From NCBI GenBank assembly GCA_964230645.1, contig CAXRHT010000003.1, positions 704,001 through 768,000 on the forward strand: 64,000 nt of DNA, in the 5' to 3' direction. Position 1 is the stretch's first letter. Each line of letters begins with the position of its first letter. Position numbers and translations under genes: made by a program. Below the pieces are notes generated by a model. The model ran no database searches, had not been told where the DNA came from, and saw only the letters and a list, made by a program, of their open reading frames with translations. The DNA is from Bdellovibrionales bacterium. GTDB taxonomy: Bacteria; Bdellovibrionota; Bdellovibrionia; Bdellovibrionales; JAGQZY01. Shown piece after piece: positions 28,049 to 38,249 of this stretch.

Positions 28049-29352
28049 AGCAGATAGTTTTTTTACTGGTATTCTTCCTTTACTCATTTTCATGGGCCGA
28101 ACTTAGAAATGCCTACGAGGGACGCGAGAATCCAACCCAAATTGCTCAATTGATTTGTATGGAGGAGATGGAGCGCCATCACAACGATAGGTATATTGAG
28201 GTGTTCAATAACTATTCCAACCATAACACCCCGGAGAACGAACAAGCTTTTCGCGACTACACTCATACATTAGAAGAATTCCGAAGTGAGCGAGAAGAGT
28301 ACCTTGGTGATTTAAACTCTTTGATGGGGCGACGATATGGCTTGTTCGACAATCGATTCAATAGAGATGTTCAGGCCGGAGTTCTCACTAGAAATATCGC
28401 TCAGGACGGATTCAGAAAAGCCATTCGTGACAGGAGCATGGCGGGTGTGCTGACGACTCCCGCACGTTGGGTGGGGCGTGAAGTTCTTGGCTCTGAACCC
28501 TCGGGGCGTTGGGAGAGAGATCAGGATGGGTATTCAGTATATTTAGCTGATATTATAGCAAGTGAGCCTTTTATAAATGAACTAGCCAGCTGCCAAAGAC
28601 GATTCGATACTCAAATTCCAGACCTGTTTTACAACGTGGCAAGAACAGCCGGAGTCCATGATCGCCTAGGTGACAGAGTGGCTCGAATCGGAAGTGCTGT
28701 TTTAGGTTTTATTGGTGGTGGTAGGATTTTAGCGGCCGCTGGTCGAAGTGTTCCGAGTGTAGCCGCCAGAGTACCTGGAATTGGCCGTCCTTTACAAAGT
28801 GGCGCCCTGTGGACAGGGAGGCAATTGCAGAGAGTTCCTAATTGGGCCCGGCATACGGCTGTGGCTTCAGCTGCTATAGCTACCGTTTTTCCAGAAATTC
28901 GCAGAGAAGTTCGAGAACAACTGCGAAACCTCATGTTTTTAAGGTCTGGAGATGCAAACGATCTTGGTAACTTCAGGCATCCTGATCTATGGAGAGATTT
29001 TTACGACGATACTGTTAATCTGTATCGAATGAGTCAGAGGTATAATGATGCTGGTAACAACGAAGAAAAAATTCAAATTCTACACAATATGATGTGTTTG
29101 GCACGAGCGGAAATGGTTTACGAAAACCCAGGCTCTCGTCCACCAATTCTTAGTGCCAGGCAAAGACTAGAAAGTATTTTGCACTTCTTTAACGAGGGTG
29201 AAGGACTTTCTGATGTCGAGCAAGCTGTATACGAACATTTAATTTGGACAGAGAACGCTCTCAACGCTATTGAAGAGACTATTCCCACTGATGCAATCAA
29301 TGATTGCGAACGTTCTGAGAGTGATAATGGTGGGGGTAGCGTGACATATTAA
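28045..29352 (+). CDS. Secreted helical protein with Gly/Ala-rich hydrophobic segment
   Basis: ATGA overlap with the upstream gene, signal ending SWA, IGSAVLGFIGGG..LAAAG and AVASAAIATVFP. Confidence 0.8.
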   Translation: MKQIVFLLVFFLYSFSWAELRNAYEGRENPTQIAQLICMEEMERHHNDRYIEVFNNYSNHNTPENEQAFRDYTHTLEEFRSEREEYLGDLNSLMGRRYGLFDNRFNRDVQAGVLTRNIAQDGFRKAIRDRSMAGVLTTPARWVGREVLGSEPSGRWERDQDGYSVYLADIIASEPFINELASCQRRFDTQIPDLFYNVARTAGVHDRLGDRVARIGSAVLGFIGGGRILAAAGRSVPSVAARVPGIGRPLQSGALWTGRQLQRVPNWARHTAVASAAIATVFPEIRREVREQLRNLMFLRSGDANDLGNFRHPDLWRDFYDDTVNLYRMSQRYNDAGNNEEKIQILHNMMCLARAEMVYENPGSRPPILSARQRLESILHFFNEGEGLSDVEQAVYEHLIWTENALNAIEETIPTDAINDCERSESDNGGGSVTY

Positions 29353-29416
29353 AAATTAAAATAAAAAAATGAAGTTTAACTATTAATTTATTTATAAAAG
29401 AGAAATGGAGAATAAA

Positions 29417-30175
29417 ATGAATAACTTAAAATACTTATTAATATTACTTTTAACTTTTCAAGTCAGTTTTTCTCAAGCTGAAGTAACTGGATCTGACTCA
29501 GAAGAGTATGCTTTGCCAGCCTTTGAGCAAAACCGCGCCATCGACAGAGCGGAGCAACTCCTTGAGGAAGGCAATGGAAGTCGATCTAATGCCTTTCGAG
29601 AGCTAATGACTCTTGCTTTAAGAGCTAAACTTCGCTGGCACCAACTAGCTATGTTTCATGCAGGTGAGTGTCAGGGGCATATGACGCCAGATATTTATGA
29701 AAGATGCTATGAAGCTAATTTTGCATTAAAGCTCTTAAGAGGAACTTTGCATGAGATTAAAAACTCAATAATTGCCCTTCCTGGTATCGGTGCTGCCGGC
29801 TTAGCCGTAGCAACTTCTCGTTGGCTTTCAAGTAAGGTCAGTGAGAGTGGTTTAGGGCGCGTTGTTCACACTATTGGAAATCGTTGGGTGGTTTCGAGCG
29901 GAGTTGGAGCAGTCGGTGCTTGGGCTTACGTGAGACGATTGCAAAGGTTGCCTGAAGAAGAGCAGCAGCAGATCTCCAGAGAATTGAATTTAGCAATCAA
30001 CGCCCTTGAGGTAACTGACCGATGGACGGTTACAGGTGTTGCGGACTTAATGAGAGTTGAGGCTGTTCGTTCACCTGAATCAATGAGAATTTTCAGTCGC
30101 TATAGAAATCATAGTGCAGTGAATGCGATTGATGAACTATACGGTCGCGTGTTTGCCGGTGATCAATCGCAGTAA
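29417..30175 (+). CDS. Secreted helical protein with hydrophobic hairpin, paralog of 27257-28048
   Basis: Signal ending SQA-EVT, GIGAAGLAVAT and GVGAVGAWAY, LPEEEQQQISREL. Alternative start 29405. Confidence 0.75.
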   Translation: MNNLKYLLILLLTFQVSFSQAEVTGSDSEEYALPAFEQNRAIDRAEQLLEEGNGSRSNAFRELMTLALRAKLRWHQLAMFHAGECQGHMTPDIYERCYEANFALKLLRGTLHEIKNSIIALPGIGAAGLAVATSRWLSSKVSESGLGRVVHTIGNRWVVSSGVGAVGAWAYVRRLQRLPEEEQQQISRELNLAINALEVTDRWTVTGVADLMRVEAVRSPESMRIFSRYRNHSAVNAIDELYGRVFAGDQSQ

Positions 30176-30200
30176 TAACTTTCTGTTCAAATATTTATTT

Positions 30201-30229
30201 AAAAAGGCCACGTTTAGTGGCCTTTTTTT
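30201..30229 (+). terminator. Intrinsic terminator, bidirectional form
   Basis: AAAAAGGCCAC-GTTTA-GTGGCCTTTTTTT. Confidence 0.85.
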
Positions 30230-30308
30230 GTTCCGTAGATCGAAATTACCGGGGGCCATTTTTTTAACTTATAGTTGTTTTTCTAAAAAAAAACTTCAAT
30301 ATATAGGC

Positions 30309-30815
30309 ATGTCCTTAGATAAAGAAAAAATTAAAAATATAAAGATGCTAGTTATGGATGTGGACGGCATAATGACGGATTCACGTATCATTCTGGACTC
30401 TAGTTTAGGTTGGAAAAGATTTTTTTCCGTTAGGGACGGAATAGGAATTGTTGAGCTACGGCACCGGGGCTACAAAACGGCTGTGATAACTGGAGCGAAT
30501 TCTGAAGATGTTCGCAAAAGAATGCAACATCTTAAGATTGATTATTTTTTTGAAAACAAAAGAGACAAAGGTCCAGCCTTTGAAGAGTTAAAAAAAGTGA
30601 GTGGTTTCAGCAACGAACAGATCGCTTATATAGGGGATGATATCTTCGATATACCCCTTTTGAAGCTGGCCGGATTTTCAGCAACGGTTCCAGAAGCAGT
30701 TGAAGAAGTGATCAATGAGTGTGATTATATTACCAATCGAGGTGGAGGTTATGGGGCTGTCCGTGACCTATGCCAAATTATTCTAAAGCATGGTTTCTTC
30801 AGTGGGGAGTCTTAA
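30309..30815 (+). CDS. kdsC: KDO 8-phosphate phosphatase
   Basis: MDVDGIMTD, F.VRDG.GI, YIGDD..D, GG.GAVR. Start moved to ATG 30309. Confidence 0.95.
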   Translation: MSLDKEKIKNIKMLVMDVDGIMTDSRIILDSSLGWKRFFSVRDGIGIVELRHRGYKTAVITGANSEDVRKRMQHLKIDYFFENKRDKGPAFEELKKVSGFSNEQIAYIGDDIFDIPLLKLAGFSATVPEAVEEVINECDYITNRGGGYGAVRDLCQIILKHGFFSGES

Positions 30816-31588
30816 TGAAAACGATAATGCTAATCCTATCTCTATTTCTCGTCAGTCAAGTTCATGCCGTTACGATTGAATTTCCAGAAGATGAGTTGGC
30901 TCAAGAGTCGGTACTTCCAGTGTTTGACAACGCCGTAGCTGTAAAGTCTCGTACGGTCCCAACAGCCGGAAAAGTCGAACTTGGTCTTGGACTTGGAACT
31001 ATAATGAATGAGCCTTTTTTCAATTCCTCTCGCTTCGGAGGACATTTGGCCTATCATTTTACCGAAACCCATGGTGTTTTTCTACAAGGTCAAATGTATG
31101 CCGATGGACTTGGTAGTAACGGTAAAACCTTGGCGCAAAAGGATTTAGTGGATAACCCCAATCGAGAGCTATTCATTAGAATGGAACACGCCCCTCAGCC
31201 AAAATACCATCTTTTAGCGAACTATCAGATCACTCCTTATTATGGGAAAATTTCTGTCTTTAAAGACTTTGTTATGAATCTCTCTCTTTATGGGCTTGTT
31301 GGCGTAGGGACAATAGCTATAGGAGATACGATGGCTCCCGCTCTTAACCTGGGGATTGGTCAAAAATTCTATTTTGGAAAAAGGTGGGGATTTCGTGTCG
31401 ATTTAGGGCTTCTAGCCTACGAGGGTGTTAACTACTTTCGAGCTTCCGACGGAGGGGCTTCGCCATTAGCTGATACCATCGAGCCTGGAAATGGTGTTGA
31501 TGTCACTGAAGAAGTTTCAGTCAGCGAATTTGAACGTCAAATGAATTACGACATGCATTTCACGGCAGCACTAATAATTTTGCTTTAA
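30815..31588 (+). CDS. Outer-membrane beta-barrel of the gliding locus (GltA/B/H-like)
   Basis: Signal peptide, alternating strands, TPYYGK.S motif shared with the next gene. TAATG overlap with kdsC. Confidence 0.75.
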   Translation: MKTIMLILSLFLVSQVHAVTIEFPEDELAQESVLPVFDNAVAVKSRTVPTAGKVELGLGLGTIMNEPFFNSSRFGGHLAYHFTETHGVFLQGQMYADGLGSNGKTLAQKDLVDNPNRELFIRMEHAPQPKYHLLANYQITPYYGKISVFKDFVMNLSLYGLVGVGTIAIGDTMAPALNLGIGQKFYFGKRWGFRVDLGLLAYEGVNYFRASDGGASPLADTIEPGNGVDVTEEVSVSEFERQMNYDMHFTAALIILL

Positions 31589-31726
31589 CAAAATGTAACA
31601 TAAGTGTTGGTCCTTGTGTTTAAAATTGGAGGACATCTGGAATTGGTCCAGTTATTTTCTATAAGTCTACAAAACCCTTAAACTTTTCTATAATCTGATT
31701 GGAGACTGATTAGGTTAGGTTGTTAT

Positions 31727-32572
31727 ATGAAGCACATAATTTTTGTTTTTCTTCTTTGTTTTTCCTCTTTTGCTTTCGCGCAAGACGACAACTCTATTGA
31801 TGATATTGAAGGGCTGTTTGATCGCGAAGAAAAAGCTGATGAGCGCCGTTCTGAGCGGGAAGCCGAACGTCGCGAAAAACAAGCGGCAAAAGATAAAGCT
31901 CCCGATCCCAAAGAGATTGAAGATCTTAAGCAACTCGAGACCTTCGATGATATAGCGGTGATTCAGAGACGCTATCTTCCCAAGACAGGCCGATTTGAAT
32001 TCTATATAGCTGGGGGAACCAATCTTAACGATGCTTTCTTTGTCGGAAATGGTTTGAGCGCTCGCTTCGGATACCATTTGCGAGAGAAGTGGGCTCTTGA
32101 AGGGATTTATTCTTTTATTCAAAACGATAACCGGGATGTGACCAACGAACTTTTAGAAGCGGGAGTGAATACTGAAGGCTCTGTTTCTACTGATGGGTAT
32201 TACGGGATAGACCTTAAGTGGACACCAATTTACGGTAAATATGCTTATTTCAATGAGAAGATCATTCCTTTCGACCTTTATTTTTCATTTGGTGTGGGAA
32301 AAACAGATCCGCGTCTTGCGGCATCATCGAGTTCAACCGAACAGTTTGAGGTCGAGTCTCCTTACACGGTAAAATTTGGAACAGGTCAGATCTTTGCGAT
32401 TACCAAATGGATGGCTTTTCGCTGGGATATGTCACTTCATATGATTCAAGCTAAAACGACCGTTACTGACCCGAATAATGGCAATGTGATTCGTGAAGAT
32501 GAGTCACTGAGTAACAATCTCTTTTTAAATGTTGGTTTAAGTTTCTTCTTTCCGGAGGCTAAGTATCGATGA
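31727..32572 (+). CDS. Outer-membrane beta-barrel of the gliding locus (GltA/B/H-like)
   Basis: Signal peptide, IAVIQRRYLPKTGRFE, WTPIYGK...FDLYF..G.G, C-terminal GLSFFFP. Confidence 0.8.
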   Translation: MKHIIFVFLLCFSSFAFAQDDNSIDDIEGLFDREEKADERRSEREAERREKQAAKDKAPDPKEIEDLKQLETFDDIAVIQRRYLPKTGRFEFYIAGGTNLNDAFFVGNGLSARFGYHLREKWALEGIYSFIQNDNRDVTNELLEAGVNTEGSVSTDGYYGIDLKWTPIYGKYAYFNEKIIPFDLYFSFGVGKTDPRLAASSSSTEQFEVESPYTVKFGTGQIFAITKWMAFRWDMSLHMIQAKTTVTDPNNGNVIREDESLSNNLFLNVGLSFFFPEAKYR

Positions 32573-34242
32573 GAATATTTAATCTGTTAATACTTTCTAT
32601 TTTTCTAATCTCATCACAAGCTTATGCCAATAGTGCTGAGATGCCTGATCTTGTGAGTGAAATACAAGAGCAGTTGGATTCACCTCAGCTTCTTGTGGCG
32701 CAGAGCAAATCTAAAAAAGCCGCCAGAAGACGGGCGCGTCGAAGAGAAGCAAGACGAGCCAAAATGAAAACGGATTTGCTGCAGAAGGCTAAAAAACTTG
32801 CCATCGACAAGCAGTATCAGCAATCCTCGCAGCTACTTTTCTCCCTTACAAGAAGCTCACGCTATAGAAAAGACAACTCCCAGATCAAATACATTCTGGG
32901 TCTAATGCTTATGGAAATGGGTCTTTATCAGGTGGCTTCTTTCGTATTCTACGACGTCATTAGCGGCGAGATACGGACTGGAAGAACCACTAAATATTTG
33001 AGACAGAGTTTAAGTAAATTATCTTTCCTCAGTAATGCTCTGGATAGTGATGTTCTTCTTAAGTACACCATATCGAAAATTAAGGTGAAGGACTTTCCTC
33101 GAGAGAAGAAAGATTTATTCTATTTTCGTTTAGGGGAGTTGAGACTCAAGGAAAATAGACACATTCAAGCCGCAAAAATCTTCAGCCGTGTTGAGCCAAA
33201 TTCTTTGGTTTATCCAAAAGCCCTCTATAAAATGGGACTTGCTTATTCCGAGGCTCGCCAAGGTGCTAAGGCCTTAGCGGCTTTCAATGAGCTCTATGAG
33301 ACTAGCAAAACCAAAGGAGTCACGGATCCCAATCGTGTGAATGCGATTTTATCGATGGCTCGAGTTTATTATCAGAACAAAAAATGGGATAAGGCCATTG
33401 AATACTATCGAGACATTCCAAGAGACACTTGGCAGTGGCACGACTCTTTGTTTGAGCAGAGCTGGGCCATGCTTCGTTCGGGGCGATACTTTCGATCGGC
33501 TCTTTCCAATTTTCACACTCTTCATTCAGCTTACTATGAAGATAGGTATGCACCGGAGTCGTTACTTTTAAGAGGAATGGTTTATCTGTTTATTTGTCGC
33601 TATGATGAAATGGGTAAGGTTCTTGGGCTTTTTGATGAAATTTATAAACCCGTGAATTCAAGAATCAGACGTTTTGCCTCTACAGCTTCTTCTAAGTCTT
33701 ACTTGGATGAGGTGCTCAAAGGAGAAGCTAACTACCAGGCTATCCGCAATGGAGAGGATCCTAAATACACCACAAGACTTCCTAAGCTTGTGCTGAATGA
33801 AATTATTGATCGTCCAGATATTAGAAAGAATTTGAACTATATCAAAGCTCTTGAAGGTGAGATGGCTCGAATTACCGCACTTTCTACGGAGTGGAGAACC
33901 TCTGGTATTGGTAAATACGCGAAACGCGTTGTTGATAAACGTATGCGAAGTACAAAAAGTGTACTCGGAAAACAGGCTCGAAACTATTTAAGGAGAATCA
34001 AGTCGGAGTTGCGAGACTTTTTTGAGCAAAGTGACTTTTTAAAATTTGAAATGGTGAGTGGAAAGAAAGAAAGCCTAGGAAAAGAGATTGCCGGTAAAGG
34101 TGTTTTGAAAAAACAAATTACTGAAGACGAAACCCGGTCGTTCTTTATCAAGAATGGATTTGAATATTGGCCATTCCAGGGTGAGTACTGGCTCGATGAA
34201 TTAGGAAACTATCACTACGTTGGAGTACAGGCTTGTGAATAA
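32569..34242 (+). CDS. TPR protein, GltC-like
   Basis: Signal peptide, TPRs, ALSNFHTLHS, C-terminal EYWPFQGEYWLDELGNY. Confidence 0.8.
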   Translation: MRIFNLLILSIFLISSQAYANSAEMPDLVSEIQEQLDSPQLLVAQSKSKKAARRRARRREARRAKMKTDLLQKAKKLAIDKQYQQSSQLLFSLTRSSRYRKDNSQIKYILGLMLMEMGLYQVASFVFYDVISGEIRTGRTTKYLRQSLSKLSFLSNALDSDVLLKYTISKIKVKDFPREKKDLFYFRLGELRLKENRHIQAAKIFSRVEPNSLVYPKALYKMGLAYSEARQGAKALAAFNELYETSKTKGVTDPNRVNAILSMARVYYQNKKWDKAIEYYRDIPRDTWQWHDSLFEQSWAMLRSGRYFRSALSNFHTLHSAYYEDRYAPESLLLRGMVYLFICRYDEMGKVLGLFDEIYKPVNSRIRRFASTASSKSYLDEVLKGEANYQAIRNGEDPKYTTRLPKLVLNEIIDRPDIRKNLNYIKALEGEMARITALSTEWRTSGIGKYAKRVVDKRMRSTKSVLGKQARNYLRRIKSELRDFFEQSDFLKFEMVSGKKESLGKEIAGKGVLKKQITEDETRSFFIKNGFEYWPFQGEYWLDELGNYHYVGVQACE

Positions 34243-34249
34243 GAGTGTC

Positions 34250-37200
34250 ATGATTAAAAAACTCATTACTGGAATAACTTTACTCGCTCTATTCTTTGGA
34301 GCTAGTGAAGGTTTTGCCCAGGAGAGAAAAAGAAAGCAAATGGGGAACCTGACCTTAAGGAAGCTTAAATCAGAGGTTCCGGATGCCAAACCCATGCAAC
34401 GCAAGCGAGTACGAGCTCGAAATGTTGGTCTTATTAAGCCTCCAACTTCGAGCAAATTCTATCAGTATGATGCTGATCCAAGAAAAGAGCAGTACAATCG
34501 GTTGCTCGATGAGGAGATCAAAAGACTTTATAAGCTTTCCAGGCAGTACAAGCGCAGTCGTAGCCGTGGAGAGATTTGGCTCAGACTCGGTGAGCGTTAC
34601 GTAGAAAAAGCGCAGGTTATCGATTTTAAACTACAAGATGACTATGATAAAAAGCTTGAAGCCTACAACAGTGGGAAAATAAAAGTTAAACCTCGTCCAC
34701 CCAGTCGACGAGAGGTAAGAAACTACCATAAAAGAGCGATTCGCCTTTATGAATGGTTTGTACGTGATTTCCCGAAAGATCAGAAGGTGCCTCAGGCCCT
34801 TTATTTCCTTGGTTACAACAATTTTGAGATTGGTAACCTGAAGCAAGGGGAAAAATATTATATTCAGCTCACAAGGCGTTTTCCAAATAGTGTTTATGTC
34901 AGCGAATCTCATTTTGCTCTCGGTGAATACTATTTCGAAAAGGAACAGTGGGAAAAAGCTTTGCCTGAGTATATGAAGGTTGTGCAGAGACGAAAAAGTC
35001 GTCTTTATACCTTTGCGCTTTATAAGGCGGCTTGGTGTCATTACCGTTTGGGTAACTATAAAACAGCTCTTGCCACCCTAGTTCAGGTCATCAAAGTTTC
35101 AAGAGGGAGCCAAGTGGCTGAAACTGTTGAAGGAACTCGTGCCATCGATAAACTTCGCTTGGCAAAAGAGGCAGTGGGTGACTTCGTTTCTTTTTACGAG
35201 CAAACAGGCCGTTACAAGCAAGCTTATGATGACTTCTATGAAATTTCGAAGTCAGAAAAACGAACTCTTAACATGATTGAGCAGTTGGCTTACCGTTATT
35301 CTTATTCTGGTAACCTGAAGGCGTCTCACTATTTATTTAAACAATTAATTTCCCTCAATCCTGAAAATCCAAAAGCAGCGAAGTACCAGTATCAGATCGT
35401 ACAAGATTTTGGTTCAACCGGAAAAGTTAAGGCTTTTAGAAAAGAATTAGCTATCTGGCTTGACCAATTTGGTGCGGGCAGTATGTGGGCTCAAGCCAAC
35501 AAGGGGAATCCTAAGGCTATTAAAGAAAATTTCGACCTGCAAGAAAGCACATTGAGAAATTCTACATTGAGGCTCCACCAACAGGCAATCAACGCTCGTA
35601 CGGATTACTCAAAGAAGCTGGCAGCAGGTTCTTATAAGATGTATTTAGCTTATTTCAAGGGCGCTGAGAACTACAGTGAAATGCTTTTTTTCTATGGTGA
35701 GCTTCTTTACGATCTTCAAGACTTTGAAGGTGCTGCAAATCAGTATGAGAAAGTGGCTTTAAACTTCCCTAAAAGCAAATATTTCGAAAAAGCGGTCACT
35801 AATAACGTATTAGCTAGAGAAAAGAAGCTTCCTTCCAATAAAGTGATGGAAGCTCGTCAAAAGAATCTTAAGAGTAAAACAGAAAAGATACCTTTGAGCC
35901 CTGACGTTCAAGCCTTCGTAAGAGCTTCTATTATTTATCTCAAAAACTTTCCAAAAGGGGAAAAATCTCTTGAGATCCGTCGTCGTCTGGGAACCATTTA
36001 CTACGCTCACAACGAATTTGATAAAGCCATCGTGGTTCTAAGGCAAATCGTCAAAGAGCGTCCACGTTCAAAAGACGCCGTTATTGCTGCAGAGATTATA
36101 TTAGATATCCATCGTCTGCGAAATGACTTGGATAAATACCAAGCTGAAGGGAAAGAGTTCTTAAAGAATCCTACCATTGCTCGCTCCGCTTATGGAAAAG
36201 AGTTAAAAGTTAATCTGCAGAAAGCGAAATTCTTGGTAGCCGATAAGTATTCCAAGAGTGGAAACACTTTAAAAGCGGCAAAAGCCTTTGAGCAATTCGC
36301 CAAGGCGAATCCTAGATCTGAGCAAGCTCATTCAGCTCTTTTCAACGCCGCCACGAACTATCAAAAGGCTGGAGCGATATTTGACGCCTTAAAAATGTAT
36401 AAGCAAGTGATTGCAAAACCAGGGCAAGCCGCCAAAGATAGTTTAAAACAGGATGCGAGAAATAGCTTGGCCGATATGTACAAGAAGCTAGGGCAACTGA
36501 AAGAAGCCGCTATTTATTATGAATCCTATGGGCGAAACGCAAAAGGTGAAAAAGCCATCAACGCACTCTTTAACGCTGCTGTTATTTGGGATGCCCTAAA
36601 TGATTACAGTCGTGCTTTTAAGGTTTATAACCTGTACGCCAATTTGGACAAAACCAAAAACAAAGGCGAACAAGAGGCTTCCTGGGCGAAAGCTGAGATG
36701 TATCGTCGTCAGAAACTTTATTCCAAGGCGATTTATCAGTATGACCGGTTCATCAAATCAAACTCTCCTGATCTAGAGAGAATGATCAAGGCTCATTTCT
36801 ATATCGCTGATTTTTATTCAAAATTAAGAAAGATCAAGACAGCTATTGATTGGCACCAGAAGGTTATCCGAGTGGTTAACAACACCTCAAGAGGTATGAA
36901 GCTTGGAGCGCGTTACGGTGCGGAGTCTCAGTTTCGAATCTCAAGAGAACTTCTCAGTGAGATGAAGCGTGTTCGATTAGGGCGCACAGATTCATCGATC
37001 ACTCAGGGTCTCAACAAGATGAAGTCTATTCAGAAAAAACTCATTCAGGAGATGGCTAAAGTTATTAAATATGACTACGCCCCTTATGTGGTGGCGGCTC
37101 TTGCTGCCGAGGCTGAATCTTATGAGATTATTGGCGATACCTTCAAGAATATTCCGATTCCAAAAGAGTACGCTAAGGGTAAAGTACGTGATCAATTTAA

Positions 37201-37408
37201 ACAGATGGCTGATCAGCAAATGAAAGAATTCTACAACAAGGCCGTTTCTGCTTACAGGAATGCTTTTGATAAGGGTATCAGTTTGAAGGGTTACGGAGAG
37301 CCAATGTTAGAGAGTGCAAGAGCTCTCTATCGCCTCGATCCGAAGGGATTCAATAACGCTGGTGAAATAAATGAAGTGGGCGAAATTATCGACATGATGG
37401 GATTGTGA
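34250..37408 (+). CDS. Large periplasmic TPR protein, GltD/AgmU-like
   Basis: Signal peptide, many TPRs (ALYFLG, FALGEYYF, ALYKAAWCHY, ALFNAA), position in the locus. Start ATG 34250. Confidence 0.82.
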   Translation: MIKKLITGITLLALFFGASEGFAQERKRKQMGNLTLRKLKSEVPDAKPMQRKRVRARNVGLIKPPTSSKFYQYDADPRKEQYNRLLDEEIKRLYKLSRQYKRSRSRGEIWLRLGERYVEKAQVIDFKLQDDYDKKLEAYNSGKIKVKPRPPSRREVRNYHKRAIRLYEWFVRDFPKDQKVPQALYFLGYNNFEIGNLKQGEKYYIQLTRRFPNSVYVSESHFALGEYYFEKEQWEKALPEYMKVVQRRKSRLYTFALYKAAWCHYRLGNYKTALATLVQVIKVSRGSQVAETVEGTRAIDKLRLAKEAVGDFVSFYEQTGRYKQAYDDFYEISKSEKRTLNMIEQLAYRYSYSGNLKASHYLFKQLISLNPENPKAAKYQYQIVQDFGSTGKVKAFRKELAIWLDQFGAGSMWAQANKGNPKAIKENFDLQESTLRNSTLRLHQQAINARTDYSKKLAAGSYKMYLAYFKGAENYSEMLFFYGELLYDLQDFEGAANQYEKVALNFPKSKYFEKAVTNNVLAREKKLPSNKVMEARQKNLKSKTEKIPLSPDVQAFVRASIIYLKNFPKGEKSLEIRRRLGTIYYAHNEFDKAIVVLRQIVKERPRSKDAVIAAEIILDIHRLRNDLDKYQAEGKEFLKNPTIARSAYGKELKVNLQKAKFLVADKYSKSGNTLKAAKAFEQFAKANPRSEQAHSALFNAATNYQKAGAIFDALKMYKQVIAKPGQAAKDSLKQDARNSLADMYKKLGQLKEAAIYYESYGRNAKGEKAINALFNAAVIWDALNDYSRAFKVYNLYANLDKTKNKGEQEASWAKAEMYRRQKLYSKAIYQYDRFIKSNSPDLERMIKAHFYIADFYSKLRKIKTAIDWHQKVIRVVNNTSRGMKLGARYGAESQFRISRELLSEMKRVRLGRTDSSITQGLNKMKSIQKKLIQEMAKVIKYDYAPYVVAALAAEAESYEIIGDTFKNIPIPKEYAKGKVRDQFKQMADQQMKEFYNKAVSAYRNAFDKGISLKGYGEPMLESARALYRLDPKGFNNAGEINEVGEIIDMMGL

Positions 37409-37409
37409 T

Positions 37410-38249
37410 ATGAAAACTTTGTTAAAAAACAGTCTTTTAGTTCTCCTTGGTCTTGTCTTGATGGTTTCTTGTCAGACCGGAGATAAATCGGGGAGCTCTG
37501 ATAAAGCCGCTGATGAAGAGATTAAGGTCAATCTAGATGAAGAGGAAAAAAGAGAGCTTAAGCGTAAGCAAGAAGCTCTTGGAGGGTCTCACAGTCAGCT
37601 TAGGAAGCTCTACAAAGCGAAACGTTATCGTGAGTTACTCAGTGAAGCGGCTAAAATTTTATCAAAAGACCCCTACGATCTAAGAGCTTTAACAATCTTA
37701 GGAATCTATCATATGGACCAACGTCAATTTGGTGCCGCTCGAATATTTTTCGAGAAAGCACTAGAGAAACACAAAGGGGAGGCTGGTCTTTATAACAATA
37801 TTGGAGTCATTTTGCTTCGAGAGGATAAGTTAAACTCGGCATTAAAAACCTTTCAAGAAGCTTATGACATTGAACGTTCTAATCCTATGGTCCAAGCCAA
37901 CCTTGGAAGTATTTACGTAAAGTATATGGACTATATTGAGGCCGAGCCTTTGGTCGAAGATTCCTACTCAAGAATGACAGATAACAATATTGTGGCGAAC
38001 AATTACGCTATTATATTACGAACACAAGGTCGCTACGAGGATGCTAAAAAGGTTTATGAAAAAGCTTTGGCACGTGACTCGCGTAACATCCCGACCAATT
38101 TAAATTATGCTATCTTGTTGATTGAATATATGAAAAACTATGAGAAAGCTCGTCAGGTCGTTAATAAAATTGAGTTTTTAAATCCGACTGACAAGTATGT
38201 GCAGAGAAAAATAAAAGAATTGCAACGGAAGGTAGCGGCAGCAAAATGA
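37410..38249 (+). CDS. TPR lipoprotein, GltE/AglT-like
   Basis: Lipobox MVSC, TPRs (NNIGVI, ANLG, NNYA). Confidence 0.8.
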   Translation: MKTLLKNSLLVLLGLVLMVSCQTGDKSGSSDKAADEEIKVNLDEEEKRELKRKQEALGGSHSQLRKLYKAKRYRELLSEAAKILSKDPYDLRALTILGIYHMDQRQFGAARIFFEKALEKHKGEAGLYNNIGVILLREDKLNSALKTFQEAYDIERSNPMVQANLGSIYVKYMDYIEAEPLVEDSYSRMTDNNIVANNYAIILRTQGRYEDAKKVYEKALARDSRNIPTNLNYAILLIEYMKNYEKARQVVNKIEFLNPTDKYVQRKIKELQRKVAAAK

